A DNA stretch of 59,312 nucleotides from Chromera velia (Eukaryota). Made by a program: the position numbers and the translations under genes. The stretch is taken from contig JAHBMJ010000025.1 in the NCBI GenBank assembly GCA_018398765.1, positions 1 through 59,312 of the forward strand, written 5' to 3'. Each line of letters begins with the position of its first letter. Position 1 is the stretch's first letter. This document shows, piece by piece, positions 34,641 through 48,888 of this stretch. The notes beneath the pieces were generated by a model that saw nothing but the letters and a program-made list of their open reading frames with translations, was not told the DNA's origin and made no database searches.

Positions 34641-37615
34641 ATGAACAATACAGAGGAGGGATGGAATCCCGGAGGCGGCAACGCCGTGGAGGACGTGGCC
34701 CCTGATGCCGAAACGCGGCCTCAAACATCTGTGCTCCACCTGAAGGGTATAGAGAGATTCACGCACTTGATCTCTGATGTCAAGAAGTCTCTCGGGAACA
34801 GTACTTCTGAGAAAAGGGCGGAGGAGCAAAAGATTTTGGTGGAAGAAGCAGAAACGCAAATTGCGGGAAGTCGTGAGTATGCGAGAATCCTTGTTGACGT
34901 CAAGGGAAAGATGGTGGATTTATTTCAGAACATGCTGGATGAAATCAATGACCACATTGAAAGGGGACAAGAATTCAACACACTGGTCCAATTCCCCCCA
35001 GACCAGGATCCATCACCCACACGGACGCAGGCTGGGAATAACGGTCGAATGGTTTTGGCTGATATGTTCTCAGAGGACTTTGGTGCCGATCTTGCGGTCA
35101 GACAAGACCGGGTGGACGCGATCTTGGCAGACATGGGAAAGCGCATCCTGTCCTGCTGCTGGTCCGAAGTCCTTCCTGAGGATGGAAAAAAAGTTGGCGC
35201 CCTTGAGCTGCAGGTCAGTGAAGGGATAAGTGCCTTGGCAGAGAACGGAAGCATAAAGAGGCCTCCAGAAATCCACAAAAAAGACAGTATCGGCTGCACG
35301 AAAGAACAGGGCTCTGACTATTCCCGTCCTATTTCATGAGGTTTGGACAGAATTGCAATACAAAATGAAGATCTCTGAGGCACTCCTCCTTACAAGCCAG
35401 CACCCCTCCCCCCCCCTTTTTAAAATTCTTGTCCGGCCCTGCCCTCCTGTCTGTTTTGCGGTGCGATTGCAGAATCAAAGTTTGATCGAGCGCCTGGCGA
35501 CCTGCATCGGTCAGAAAATGGAGTTGGAGAAAAAACTGAACCAGTGCCGGATGGAGTATTTCAAGGAACTCACCCAACTGAGAGACCAGTTGCTGCTGCA
35601 GAAAAAAGTCCAAAACTACCAACCCCTAGATGCTCAGTGGTTTGTCTTCACAGGGTACCTCGATGAGACCACCCAGGAAATTTTGAAGGACAAAATCAAC
35701 TCAGTGGGAAAGAGGTGCGTACGTATGTCTTTTGCTTTCTTTGTCTTGCCGCTCTTTCCCATCTGTATCCATAAATGAATGTACTTAGTTTTCTTTCTCC
35801 ACATAAATGATCCTTTTATCCTGCCTGCTTCTCCTACTGAATGAAGATGGGTGCCCTATGATGGAAAGATGCCTGTCAGTTCTCTGTTCAGTCAATTCCC
35901 TGTCCTGTCCTGTCTGTCCCAACTGCCTTGATTGCTTGCTAAAACGAAACCTGAATGCTTCTTTGCTCCCCTTTGAAGGCCTTCTTGGTCCCTTCAATCA
36001 AGACATTTTGACGAATCCATGTAAAGAACTGACTCTACAGCTATGGTCATACAGACGCACTGGTACGTAGACAAACATCCTCTATTCTCCCTGCCTGACC
36101 AGGTGTCGTGAAGAGTATGAGAAGAAGGACACGCATTCATTTTCATGCAGAATGTACATGTATACATATGCTGTATGAAAATGAATGCAATCTCCTTTTC
36201 CAGGTATCACGAAGAGTACGAGAAGAAAGACAAGCTTGCTGACATGTTGAGGGCACGCATCCAGGTTCTGGAGCGTGCCTTGATGAAGAGAGGACAGACG
36301 ATACCTCTGGAGGACGGGGTGCCCTGTCCCCCCCCCCCTCCATCCAAACCAGAGACCCCCGCAGCGCTGCTGCCCCCAATAGGAGGAGACGGCGGAGACG
36401 GAGAGGAGGGGTTGAAGGGCGACTGTGGGGCTGTGCTGAAGGGGCTGGTGCTTCGAGAGGCCAACGATCCAGAGAGGGTCTTTGACGTCTTCTACAAAGA
36501 ATACGCAGATAGACTGGAGGGGAAGTTCAGAAAGTCAGTGGGAAAGAAAAGGGATCGGGGGCTTTCGGGCCTTCATTAACTTTTGTTCTCTGTTGTTCTT
36601 CGGTTCATTTGTTTTGTTTTGTTTTCTTCTGCTTTCTCGTCAATCTGATCTCGCCTTAATTCTGGCTTTTGTCCGGAAGCCGTTGTCTGACTTTGACTGC
36701 TTCTCACTCATATTCCCTTCTGGTAACACTTAACTTGACCGTTTCGTTTTTTTTTTTCAGACTGATGCAAAAGTTGATCGCTGCCGAGATCGGGAAGCAG
36801 AGGGCAGAGACAGAATTGGAGATTGAGAGAATACAGAAAGCGGCAAAGGATCAGGAGGCAAAGCTGCAGGAGGAACTAGCAAAGGTCAGTCAAATCCGCT
36901 GAATTCCATCCACAACATGCAGAAATAACGCAACGCTCAAATCCAAAGCTGCTCCCTCCCTCCCTCCCTGTGAGGACGCATTCCTTCCTTCCTGCAAGGG
37001 GAAGGGGTTTCCTGCAGACAGTGGTGGGGTGTGCCTAGCTCAAGAGGAGTTCATGCAGAGACACAATCAATCAGATGATCAGAGGGAGGACGACGGACGA
37101 AGAACTCGTTGGACTCATATCTTGATTTTCCCTTCCCTTCTCGCTGTGTGTGCCGTTCTGTTCTTCATCGTCTTTTCTCCCCCTCTCTCCTCTCCTCTTC
37201 CTTACTTTCCGTACGCACGTTGTTTCTCCGAGTCTTGCTTTACATGGTCTTTCTTTGCGACGTTTAGATCCACGCACCCCACCAACGCTACTAGCTGTGT
37301 CATGTTTGCCCTCCTCTGGGAGCGGCCTCTCGAGAGTCAACTGACGATCCACCCACATCACCTACCTGCAGGAGAGAGCACGGGTGTCAAACCTTCAAGA
37401 GGCACTGAACGCTTGCAAGTCAGCCAGCCAGCAGCCAACCCATGCAATAGAGTGATCCATCAGTGTGCTGGACGACTTTCATAGAGAAAGTCCTTGGTTG
37501 CGTTTTGTTTTTTCCCGTTGCTCTTTACTCGCCTCCTGGCCCATCTGCTTTCCGCATTCTCTCTTTTGAGCTTTCCAAGCGACCTCCAGAAACAAGATAG
37601 AGGCGCCATGTGCGG

Positions 37616-37656
<41 letters not shown>

Positions 37657-40600
37657 ATGACTGATGGAAAACCCGAAATGCAGACAAGGTGCCGGGAAGG
37701 CTGGAGCAGCCGACGCAGTTCTGCAGGACCAGCTCCAGAAGAGCCAGGCCGAGCTTAAGGAGGCCACAAGTAGAATCCAGGCCTTGGAGAAGGAACTGCA
37801 GGAGAAGTCGGAGAGATTGTCCAAGGAGGAGGAGGCAGGGAGGGAGGCTCAGGAGGAGGTCAGGAGACTTCAAAAGAGGGTGGCGGAACTGGAAGCAGAA
37901 GTCGAAAACATCGGCGCATCCCACAGGGTCAGTCAGTTGAGTCAATTCATTGATCTAATTGCATACATCCATGGGCTTAATTGGTTTGTGGAGGGGGGTT
38001 GCATGAGTCGGGGGGCGTGACTGACGACCGATTTCTTCGATCTGCATCATATGCATGGGGGGGTGCATGCCCTCGAGACAGAACCTGCCTGCCTGGGTGC
38101 CTGCCTGGGTACAGACAAACATATTGACGGCGGAAGGAACAATTCAACAAAGAGAAGGAATGATAGACGTGTGTGTACGTCTGGGTTGAGTCTGTGCGGA
38201 AGTATGAGTATTCATTCTGCCTGTGTCTCCGGTTTTCTGTATACATGTCTGGCTCTCTGTCTCGTCTGTTCGTCAGGTAGATGAACCTCTGTCTTGTCTG
38301 TTCGTCGTGTTGCTCCGTCATTTGCCTTGATGAACCATTCATTCCCTTTGCTCTGGCGCCCTTGATGATTTGGGTTGTCGTTGCAGGCTCTGGTCACAAA
38401 GTACGAAGAGTTGAAGAATGCGAAGCCCGAAGAGCCTGCTAAGGTAAGTTTGTGATTTGCTACCTGTCTCCTTTGACAGGAGCCGTAAAGAAGCACACCT
38501 AGGATCAGAAAGGGTTCATCATAAAATTGTTCCTCTCCGTGCTTCATCTCTCTCCTTGTATTTTTCTTTCCGCCCTTCATCCAACTCTACTCTTCTTCTT
38601 CCCTTAATTTCCTGCAGCCACCCGAAGGCCCGAAGGAGCGTCCCCTAACTCCGGAACAGCGCAACCTTGAATTAGAGTTCACCCAGAACAAGCTGAAGGA
38701 GGCGGAGGAAGAGGTCCTGCAGCTGCGCCAAGAGACCAGAGACCTGCGCAGCCAGACGATGAATCTAGAGGATCTCCTGAAGACAGCAGAAGAGAAGGCG
38801 ACAGAGGGAGCGGAGGGAAGGAAGAAGGCTGAAGAGAGAGTAGAGGAAGTCGAGAGAGAGTTGCAGAGACAAAACACGAAAATGAAAGAGCTTGCGGACA
38901 CGAGAGATCTTGCCAATGCGGATCTTCAAGCAGCACGGGAGAAGGCTGCGAGAAGGCAGTCCGGTTTCGCACAGACAGAAATTGTATTCACAGAACCAAC
39001 CCAGACAGAGGAAGAAAGCAAAGAGGAGGATCAAGGTAACCAGACAGAGCGGCGCCTCTCCGCCTGTCCTCGAGAGATGGCTGCACAGACGGATGACTGG
39101 CTACTGGACGAGATTATTGAAGCCATCATTGCAGATCGTCTTCCGCCACCACAGGAGAAATCAGATGAACCATCAGAGGGAGACGGCGACGCCACTGTGA
39201 TTGTAGAAGAGCCCAAGGAAGCGCCCCCTCCGGCGCCGCCACAGCCGCAGGGAGGCATGACGGGATGGCGTCGTAGGAGTTCTGTCCTCGCAGCGCAGCA
39301 GCAGAAGGAAGAACTTGAAAGATTGAAGGAACAATTGAAAGAGAGGGCCTCCCGTACCACCGCACCTTCAGGAGACACGGAAGAAGCTGAGGTTCAGACT
39401 GTCTTCACATGGGTCCTGCAGACGCTCGGCTTCACGGAGAATCCCTCCAAGGACCAGCAGAGAGCAATGGAAGAGAAGGAGGAAAGGGAAGCAGCCAAGA
39501 GGGAGGCAGAACTGTCAGTCCATATGATGAACACAATTTGTTTTTGTGCGGTATTTCAGCTCAGCATGGATGGAGTTGGAGAAAAGAAGAGCGCAGCACT
39601 CTGTCTGTCTGTTTATATGTGTGTCTGTCCGTCTGAATTCGACGGGCAGTGCCAACTGGTTGCAGTGACGTGCAACCAGTTCTTGATTCCGTCAAACGGT
39701 GCGCTGGCGTGCATGTGAGCTTTTTTTCAATCCCTTTTTTTGACTCCCCAACTAAGTGAGGTATTCCCCCCTCTCCCCCTCCTCTCTGCTGCTGTGATTG
39801 ATCGCTTTTTTTCTTTGCAGCAAGACGAGGAACCCGAACTTTCCTCTGGAGGCTGCACTCAATGCCAGAAGGCCGCCATTCGGTGATTATTTTGCCTTTG
39901 TTTGTTCTGAGTCAGCGAAGGGGAGATAAGTCATCGGGAAAGTAAGAGAGAGAGCCGGCTTCTTCCCACTGTCTATGAATCAGTTTTTCCTCGTCTGTCT
40001 AGTCAGTCCGCGTTCCTCCTGTTTCTCGACGACACACGCATCCATGGAATGCGTAAATAACAATGCGCAAAAACAATTAGACCGTTTACGTACATTGTGC
40101 TCGTATGAGTGTATATCTGGGTGCGTGTCGTTTTGTCTTCCTGTCGAATGTGCACGCACAAATGCAGGAGAGGGAAGCGGCCGCATCTCTGCAGCAAATC
40201 TCCGGGATTGCCTGTCGATCTGCATGCGCCGGTGGGTTGAAAGACTTCTCTTGTACTCTCTAAATAAGCGCAGGGGACCGTCTTTTCTCCCTTCGAGGGC
40301 GCCATCTCTGGCCTGTTCTACGACTTTTAACCTTTTTTCTCTCCTTCCTTGTGTCCGGACAGTCTGTCCAATTTCTCTCGAACTTAAGGAGGTTTGTGGA
40401 TTCTGAGGCGGTCAAACTAGACCGGACTGGTTCTTCTTCGATGAAATTCCGTTTTTCTATCTACATTTCTGAGCACATTTTTGTGCAGTGTGGAGAAGAA
40501 TTTTGAGAATCGGGACGAGATCAGAAGGGACCTGAGGAGCGAGATGAGAGACTGGGTGCGTCTTGTGAGCATCTTGGCGGACTCTGAACTTCCGGACCTC

Positions 40601-43600
40601 AGGCCCCAAATACGGCAGCTGCTGCTGTCCAACGGAATCTCCATGCATGTGATCAACCAGATGCCTGCAGAACATGTCAGTGAGGGAGGGAGGGAGGGAG
40701 TGAGTGAGTGAGTCAGGGAGAGAGGGAGGCAGGGACAGAGACCCTAGCTCTTCTTTAGACTGATTATAAATGGGGATCCATCGACCCTTCTGATTCTGTA
40801 AATACATTCTGATTTGTAACAAATTGCATGCACGTATCACGTACAGACAGACAGAAAGACAGCACTCTTAAGAGCAGAGGAATGCAGGTTCATTTTGGTT
40901 GATGTCTACTCATGTAGATCACGTGACTTTCAGCTTTGTCAGAGCATCTCCCTCTTTCTTTCTTTCTCTTTCCCTGTCTGTTTGAAGTGAACTGCATCAA
41001 TTGCTGCTGCAATGAACTGACCTGCTTGACTTAACTTAACTGTGTGCACGCACTGACTGCATGCAGCTGGACTCCCTTGCCGCTGGGTGGCACGAGATCT
41101 TTGCGGCAATTCTCCGTCTCCTCTCGGAGGACCAGCCGGGGTTCCTCGTTGAAATGGACGTCAGAGACTCGGCAAAGAAAGACATGCTCACCAGGAGTCA
41201 GTGGAGGAGGGGGAAGGGAAGGAGTGACATTGCGGCCGTGGCTGCGAAGTTGGCAAAAACAAACTTAATTCTCCGTACGCCTGCCATGATGATCTGGGGG
41301 GGTCCTGCTTGCCTGCGTGTTGGCTGTTGTCTCTTCGGTGCCTCTTCGTCTTGCCCTCTTCACGAGGAGAGCGCTGTCTGTCTTGTCCCCTCCTTCATTC
41401 TGCCTGTCTTTCTCTCTGGCTGACCATCCATCTGCCTGGCTGCCTGGCTGCAGGGTTGACGAAGCGAGCGTCAACAAAGGTCGCACACTCAGAAATGGCC
41501 TCGGTCAGTCAGTCAGTCTGACTGTCTCTCCGTCTGTTTCTCTGTTTGTTTGCAGAGATACACTGATGAATAGATCGCTGCATTGAGGCAGATACACACA
41601 CACATACACACACATACACACACATACACACATATGCTCACAAAGAGAGAGGGAGAGACGGGGGAAGGTTCCTTGTACTGTCTTTTCTTTTCTGTAGCGT
41701 GTATCCCCACTCATCCATATCAATCAATCGATGCATGCATGGTTTCTTAATCCTCCCTCCCTCAATGCATGCATTCAAACAAACAAACAAACACACAGGG
41801 TCTCCTGGACATTTCCATGACGGGAGCTCGTTCGAGTAGCGTTTTGGTGCCGGGGCAAGATGGCGACGGGGAGGAGGGAGAGGGAGATGAGGACTCACCC
41901 GAAAAGGCGGAGCCCGGAGGGGCAGGGGGCATTGCGAGTCTTGCAAAGGCATCACCAAAGAAACCGAAAATGGCCGCAGGGTTCGGTCCTAGGCCGATTG
42001 TCCGAAAAGACTTAGACAAGGACAAGGAGAGGTCGTCTAGATTCATCTCACCCCCTCCTGCGTCAATTGCCACGTCAGGAGGCAATCAGGCTTCCCCCTC
42101 CTCCCGTTTGATGGGATTTCCTGGCCTAGGTCTGCCCGGAGGGTCCGAGGGTGGGGAGACTAGAGAGCGCAGCGAGGGGGCGGGTGCTTCACCTTTGCGA
42201 CGCCCAGCCCCCATGCTCATACAGCAGCAGCAACAACAACGGGAGAAGCAGGCAGCGTCAATCCGCAGGAACAGCAAGCCGATAGGCGAATTACCTGGAG
42301 TGTTTGGGCTCGGACAGTCACAGCAATTGATTGGAGGGGGGGGGGGATTCGGGGCCATCAGGGGGCCTCCACCTCTCCGGGGGAAGGGGAATCGGAAGGA
42401 AACGTCTCCGTCTGGATCCCCTCGTGTGCCGGGGCCCTATCTGACTCCTTCCCCGTCTCTTCCCGCAATTCCCGGGGCCCTTGGGACCTCCAGTGGTCCA
42501 GGGGAAGACGCAGAGTCTCCCGCTAACCGTCGGGAAGGCAGACTTGTGAAGGGTCCGGGTGCGATGAAGGGAGCCAAGTTGAGAAGCACAGATGATGCCT
42601 CGTCGGGTGGCATGTCGTTCAGATATAAGCCCAAATTTGAAGATGCAGATGGGGCAGCCAGCTCTGTTTACCCGTCTCCTCACGCGCCGCGCCCGTTGTC
42701 TGGGGTGCGACAAGGGCAGGCAGCGGAGACGGAGCGAGCGAGTGAGGTGATTGAAGGCAGTCCCATGAGAGAAGAGGAAACCGGCGGGGAGCAATTTACT
42801 AGAGAGGCAGCCGCCCGACCGTTGGATTTATTCAGAGAGAAGTTACGTAGATTGTCGGAATCGAAAGTAGACTGGGGGGGGCTGTTTGAGGCTGCAAATA
42901 GAGAGGCATCCAGAAGGTCCTCTCTTGCTGCCATTGGGATTGCGGGTGCAGGTGGAGGCGCGCATTCAGCGTCACAACCGAACTTGTCAGTTCCTCACGA
43001 AGTGCCTGCGGGTCAGTTTTTGGGGCCTGGGGGAAGAACCCCCCCCTTCCCTATGGGTGCAGATGGACAAGGAGAAGGAGAAGGAGCAGAGGTGCATGGA
43101 GGGGAGGAGGGATCAATTTTGGGTGTGCGTCATTTGTTGCCCTTGTCTGAGACTGCTCTTTCTGATGAGAGCGGAATGGAGGAGGGTGAGGGAAGAAGAG
43201 AGAGGGACAGGTCAGACAAGGTGAAGGACAGAGAGAGATCCAGGCGGATTGCGAAGAAGCTCATGTCAGGAGAGGGGCTGCACAGTGGAAAGAAGGTCAG
43301 TCAGTTCACAAAATTATATATTGTGGGCATTCAAAAAGAGAGGGAAAAAAACGAATCGAAAGGAAATGCCATTCGGTCATTTGCATACAAACTTAATTTT
43401 CTTCTTGAGCGACGCACATTCTAATTCAGTGATGCAAACCATTTCCTTCCTGCCGTTTGAAAGAAACTGACCTGAGGCATTGATTGATTGTACTTGCGAA
43501 AAGGAAATCCAAAGGCGCATCTTTCTCAGACTTCCAGGCCAAAATTTTCCAATTTCTGTTCTCTCCTTTCGTTTTCTTTTTCAGTGCAATTGCTTGCGCA

Positions 43601-46600
43601 TTCATTTATTCTCTGCGTCTTCGGTTGCTGAGATCTCTACTAAATTCCCCCAATGCCCTTTCCCCTCCGCGTCTGTTTGCAGAACAAACTCCACTTTACA
43701 GGAAGCACGCCGTCCTTTGCCTCTCGAAAGCCCGTCGTCGTTCACTCAGAAGGACAGCAGAGCCGCCTCGGCTCCCCTCCAGAGCTAGGGGACGCCCCTT
43801 TGACGCACGACGGCTTCCCACACAGAGAGAGAATGCAGGGCCCCACCCCCCCCTCATCACTCGCACAGCGGGCACCCCCCAGCAGAGACAGAATGCAGGC
43901 GATCCATTTGGACTTCCCGGAGTCCAGAATGTCAAGATATTCTGCAACAGCAGACAACCAAGACGAGGGAGGAGCCCGCGCGCACACATCCGCAGGTACT
44001 CACCAAACACCGCACCAGCAGGCGAGAAAGATCTCTCCTGCCCGTGCACGACGAACAGTTGACGGGTTCGCTGGCCACTTTGCCTTCTCACCCACAAGAG
44101 ACCAAACAGGGGGGGCGCCGCATCAGGGTGCCTTCCATGCTCGGCCCCTTGCAGCTAATTGGAATCAGCTGGGCGTTTTGGCGTTTGCACACCGCAATCC
44201 TCGAATTCCTCCAGAGGAACGGGGGTTCCTGCAGACCCCTGGGGGGGGCTCTATGCATTCATCACCCCTGCAGTCCCAAAGAGGATCTCCAAAGACATCA
44301 CGAAGCCCCTCGCCATCATCCAGACACAACAGAGACAGACAACGTCCCCGACAGTACGAAAGCACAGAAGGAGATGCAGAGCTTTACGGCGGTCCGTCAA
44401 GTTCTGCTGCTCCCATCGACTCACGGGAATTCGAAACCTCTCTGTCACTCTCCGTCTCCCAGTGTATTGCAAAAGAGCGCAGCATACAAAGAGAGCAGCC
44501 ATCTGCATCATCAGCAGCAGGAGAAGGAGAAGGAGAGACACAGCAGGGAGAGAACCAGATTCCGGTGCAAGAGCTCAGAGATGTACAGGTGCAGTCGGGG
44601 CTTTCCTTTCACACCGCGCGCACAGTCACCAACGCCCAAGATACGTCGATATCAAGGACGGACGAGCCGCCGGGAGGGGAGGCGTCACGTGGCCTGCATG
44701 GGGCAGAGGACGATGATGAAGACGACCTCCAGCCGGAGAAACTGAACGATCTCGTGTCGTTCCTCCATGCTCGGGCAAAGAAGGGAAGGGGAGGGCTTCT
44801 CCCCGATGGGGGGCAACTTGCGGACAGTAGTCACCACCAGGAAGACCGAAGGATCTCTGCACACCAGGTGCGTGCGTCACTGAGGAAGGAAGCGGGCGCA
44901 GGCTTCCTTTGCGATTTGATACCGACGTAGAAAGCAGGTGTTCAAAGCTTCCTGAAGAGGGGAAATTGCTCCCTCACATATTTTTCATCTTGCATGTCTA
45001 AAAACTTCTATTGTGCAACTATCGTGTTTTTTTCCTCATGTCTCTTTCTTTGGTTTTGATTCGCTTTTGTGATGCCATTTATCTGTCGCACGATTCCCTT
45101 TTTCCTGCATGCATGCAATTGTACGAGGGTGGACGGAAGCTTTACATGACGTCCCTTTTTCTGTTGTTGAACGTCTCTGTGAGTCCTGCGCATGCAGCCA
45201 TTTGATCGAGAGTTTCTGGAAACCTCGTGTGTCTCTCTGCATGCATGCGTGCAGGAAAGACTCTCCCTTCACACGCCCCCCGCGGTGCAACAAAAGTACA
45301 GAGCCTTCCCTGGAACCCTCTCGTCCTCTCCTGTACAGCCGGTCGTTAACGTCGTGAGGACACCTGCCTCGGCCCTCTCTCCTGCTAGGAGCCGGTCCTC
45401 CTCCCCTGTGCCCTACAGGGGGAGGGGGGCCTGTCCCGGCTCCCCCTCCAATCCTAGGTCTCACTCCCCACCCACACAACCAGTCACAAGACAGGGGGCA
45501 GAAGCAGACTCTGACAGAGGAATTATCTCCACACATCCCAACCCGGCGCGTGCAGGCTCTCCCATAGCTCACGGGTCTGTAGGAGGGGGGTTTGCACGGG
45601 TGGACAGAGGATGGCGGGGTCGGGAGAAAGTCCAAAGGGAGAGAGCGGCACATTTGGAAGCAGAGGTTCGCTTTCATGTCGGAGCAGGAGGGGTGCAACA
45701 GACGGGTCCCCATTCTGTTGTTCAACCGGGTGGGGGTGGGAATGCTTCTCCTTCTTCTCGTCCTCCCCTCTCGTCAATGCACCCTCCGATAGGATCAAAC
45801 GACGATGAACCGACTGGGTTTGCGTGTTTGGATTATCAGAAGGAAAAGGAGCGAGAGCAGGAAGAAAAAGGGGGTAAACAGGGGGGCGGAGCGCGATGGA
45901 GATTTAGAGTGGACGACCGCCTGGCTGCTTCAGTGCGAGGGGGGTCGATCGACTCTCTCACCGGCCCCCTTCATGTCTCTTCTTCCATCACGTACAAGAG
46001 CTCTGGTCCCAGTCATGCAGGTAGCAGAGGAACGAGAGGGGAAGGAGGAAGAGGGGAGGGAGGAACCTCAAGAGACGGTAGAGATACGGCGTCCTCTCAT
46101 CCTGCGAGCAGACAGGCGCCCTCTTCGTCTCGACAGGCGGCAGAGGCGTCCAATGAGATGGAACCAGGCACAGTCCAAGTGAGTCAGTAGGAAGGAAGGA
46201 ACAGAGCTTCTCTTTTTTGTTTCGCTCAAGCGTTTCTCAATGTTGTCTTTGATTGAAAGCTGTCCGCCTGTCTGTCTTTCCTTCCATCTTTTTATCGTAC
46301 CCCTCTTTCCCCTTTCTTGGAGGGAAGTCCTCCTCCCCTTTTTTCGCCCACAGCGCACAAGGAGAGAAGCACATTTGATTTTTTGTGTAGGAAGAAGTCG
46401 AAGACAAAAATTGTATGATCGTTATCTCTGGTTCAATTCTGAATCTGGCACTCAGGGCGCTTTGGGACACCTGCAACCGGGATTGAGCACCCGAGCGGGT
46501 GCAGAGAGGTCGAACTCCACCCCCGTTTTGTTCGAGGACCTCAAACATAGACTGAAGGGACCCGGGCCGAATCCAGACGGCAGTCAGTCATGATGATGTG

Positions 46601-47111
46601 TGCGCGTCTGTGGGCTCGTGCACACGCACAGTAGAATAGAGTGAGGCTGAGGTAACGTAGCATAGACGCTCTTGCTCAAGTGGCCTTTTCTAGTGATGAC
46701 GCTGCACTTTGCTTCTGTCCCTCCTTGTCTCTTTGCACGCACGCATCCGTGTGTCGGTTTTTGTTTGTATGCGTGGTTGAGTATAAATGTGTGTGTGCTT
46801 GAGTGATGGTCTGTTGCTTACAGTCCTGTTCCTCGCTTTAGCTGGTGCATGGGTGTCTGCCTCTCCTTGTTTTCTTTCTCTCCCTCTCTCTCCACACAGG
46901 CTTCGGTGCTCCTCCTTCTGCAACGGGGGGTGCGCGTCTGATCAAGTCTACCCAGTCTGTCCGGTCAACCGGAAAGCTCCACGCAGGCCCGCCTTCACAG
47001 CAGAGCCCCCGAAGCCCGCCCCAGGATTTCTTAGATGAGGGACGGGGGCCAGCACCTCTGAGCATCTCCCGAGTCGCAAAGCAAGACCACAAAAACAAAC
47101 GGTCTCACTAG
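34641..47111 (+). CDS. Large multi-exon protein: N-terminal coiled coils followed by a long low-complexity disordered region
   Basis: Phase-compatible exons 34641-35213, 35473-35714, 36204-36533, 36761-36884, 37727-37927, 38387-38443 and 38618-~39514. Further likely exons near 39821, 40489, 41087, 41799-43294, 43682-44868, 45255-46177, 46391 and 46900-47111. The 3' exon structure is approximate. Confidence 0.65.
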
Positions 47112-47159
47112 ATGGATCGTTATGAATCAAATAGAGCATTCTAGCTTGTACAGTCAACA

Positions 47160-47940
47160 TAATTGATCAGCATTATCATCATCATCATTATTATCATTAT
47201 TATTGATCAGTCCATAGGCCATCATCATCATCATCATCATTATTATTATTATTAATCGGTCTATAGGCCATCATGCAGTGCATGAGTCTAGGACAATGCT
47301 TTATTGCCCCTTTGCCAGACCTGCATCATACAACGGGAGGGGGCTTCACTCTCGCAACTCTAAACACCCTGCATCTAGAAGATGCTTTCTAAATCGCTGA
47401 TGTCGTTTCCCTTCTGTGGGAGGAGTGCGACAACTGCAACAGAGACTCTCAGGTAGTAGAGGCAGACAGGAAGACCGGTGGAGAGGGGGAACGGGAGATG
47501 TACGTGGGAGATGGAAAAAGAACATTCAAAGGTGAGACGGGAAGAGAGGTAAGTAACCATCACATGCATCGAATCGCAGGCCTTACGATGGAGGGCGCAG
47601 ACAGATGTTTCGCAAGAGTCGCAGGGCCGGTATGGGTGAGTGTCTGAGTGCCAGGGTGACCTTCATTCATGCCAACAATTCGCTTTGCATGGCGTGTTTT
47701 AGAGGGGTGGAGTCTATCGATAGCAACCACTTTCTCTCTCTTTCTTGGGCTCTGTCTAATTTGGCTTCGATTTTGGCTACAATTGCATTCAGAGCCTCTC
47801 GATCTGCTCTTGTTTCTGTGCATTCAGTCAGCCGGTGCAGTAGATCGTCTGCTTTGCCCCTGCATGCAGGGCAAACCGCGTCTTCCAGCCCTCTGTACAG
47901 TGCATGGGGGCGACCACCAAGCAACATATTAGTGACCATG
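47160..47940 (-). mobile_element. 3' fragment of another LINE (C-terminal CCHC finger and microsatellite tail)
   Basis: ORF 47667-47939 contains CPAC...DDLLHRLTEC. Duplicated (ATC/ATT)n arrays at 47160-47275 are at the expected 3' tail position. Confidence 0.55.
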
Positions 47941-47995
47941 TTTGATTTGATTATATTTGATTTGATTTAATTTGATTTGATTTGATTTGATTTGA
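47941..47995. repeat. (TTTGA)n microsatellite
   Basis: Directly visible. Confidence 0.9.
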
Positions 47996-48600
47996 GCTTC
48001 AACCTCAAATATTTGATATTTGAGGTAAGATTTGAGGTTAACCTCTTAGGGTTCCTTACTGAGTCACTGACTTACTATCACTCTGATCATTTTTCTCATG
48101 ACAATAGTTATCAGAACATTTCTGATGTGTGTTTCAAAAATTTAAAAAAATATATGACTTTCCTGAATGCGACCATATGTCGAGGGTGATCGACGCTCGT
48201 CGGGTCGCTGCTTTTCTCAACCTGTCTTTGATTGATAGAATAATCTCGTTCTTTAGTGTTGGGAGCAGAAGTCTCTGCACCTTCCCCACAGACGGGAAAT
48301 CGTAGCGGGGGTTCAGTGCCTTAACCAGCTTTCGCAATGCCTCGTTTTCTGTGAGATGAGGCCAGCCAGCACTGGCCAGAAAGTCAGTGGTCAGCATATC
48401 ACACTTGATTCTCTTCTCATGCGTCTCTGCATATGGTACGACCACGGCTTCTGCTTCATCTTTGGTGGGGAAAAACGTTCGCACGTCAGGCTGCTTCGTC
48501 CCCCCCACCCCCTCCGACCGCTTCTCCTATCTTTTTTGGAGCAGCTGCACATGTTTGTCAGACGTGATCGTCAAGCCATGCTGATTGATGAGGTGGGTTT

Positions 48601-48888
48601 NNNNNNNNNNNNNNNNNNNNNNNNNNNNNNNNNNNNNNNNNNNNNNNNNNNNNNNNNNNNNNNNNNNNNNNNNNNNNNNNNNNNNNNNNNNNNNNNNNNN
48701 NNNNNNNNNNNNNNNNNNNNNNNNNNNNNNNNNNNNNNNNNNNNNNNNNNNNNNNNNNNNNNNNNNNNNNNNNNNNNNNNNNNNNNNNNNNNNNNNNNNN
48801 NNNNNNNNNNNNNNNNNNNNNNNNNNNNNNNNNNNNNNNNNNNNNNNNNNNNNNNNNNNNNNNNNNNNNNNNNNNNNNNNNNNNNNNN
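48601..48888. other. Assembly gap (288 N)
   Basis: Run of N. Confidence 1.

Noticed and set aside
47160..47275. Repeat-spacer-like pattern resembling a CRISPR array
   Set aside because: It is a duplicated (ATC/ATT)n microsatellite in a eukaryotic context, with no unique spacers and no cas genes.
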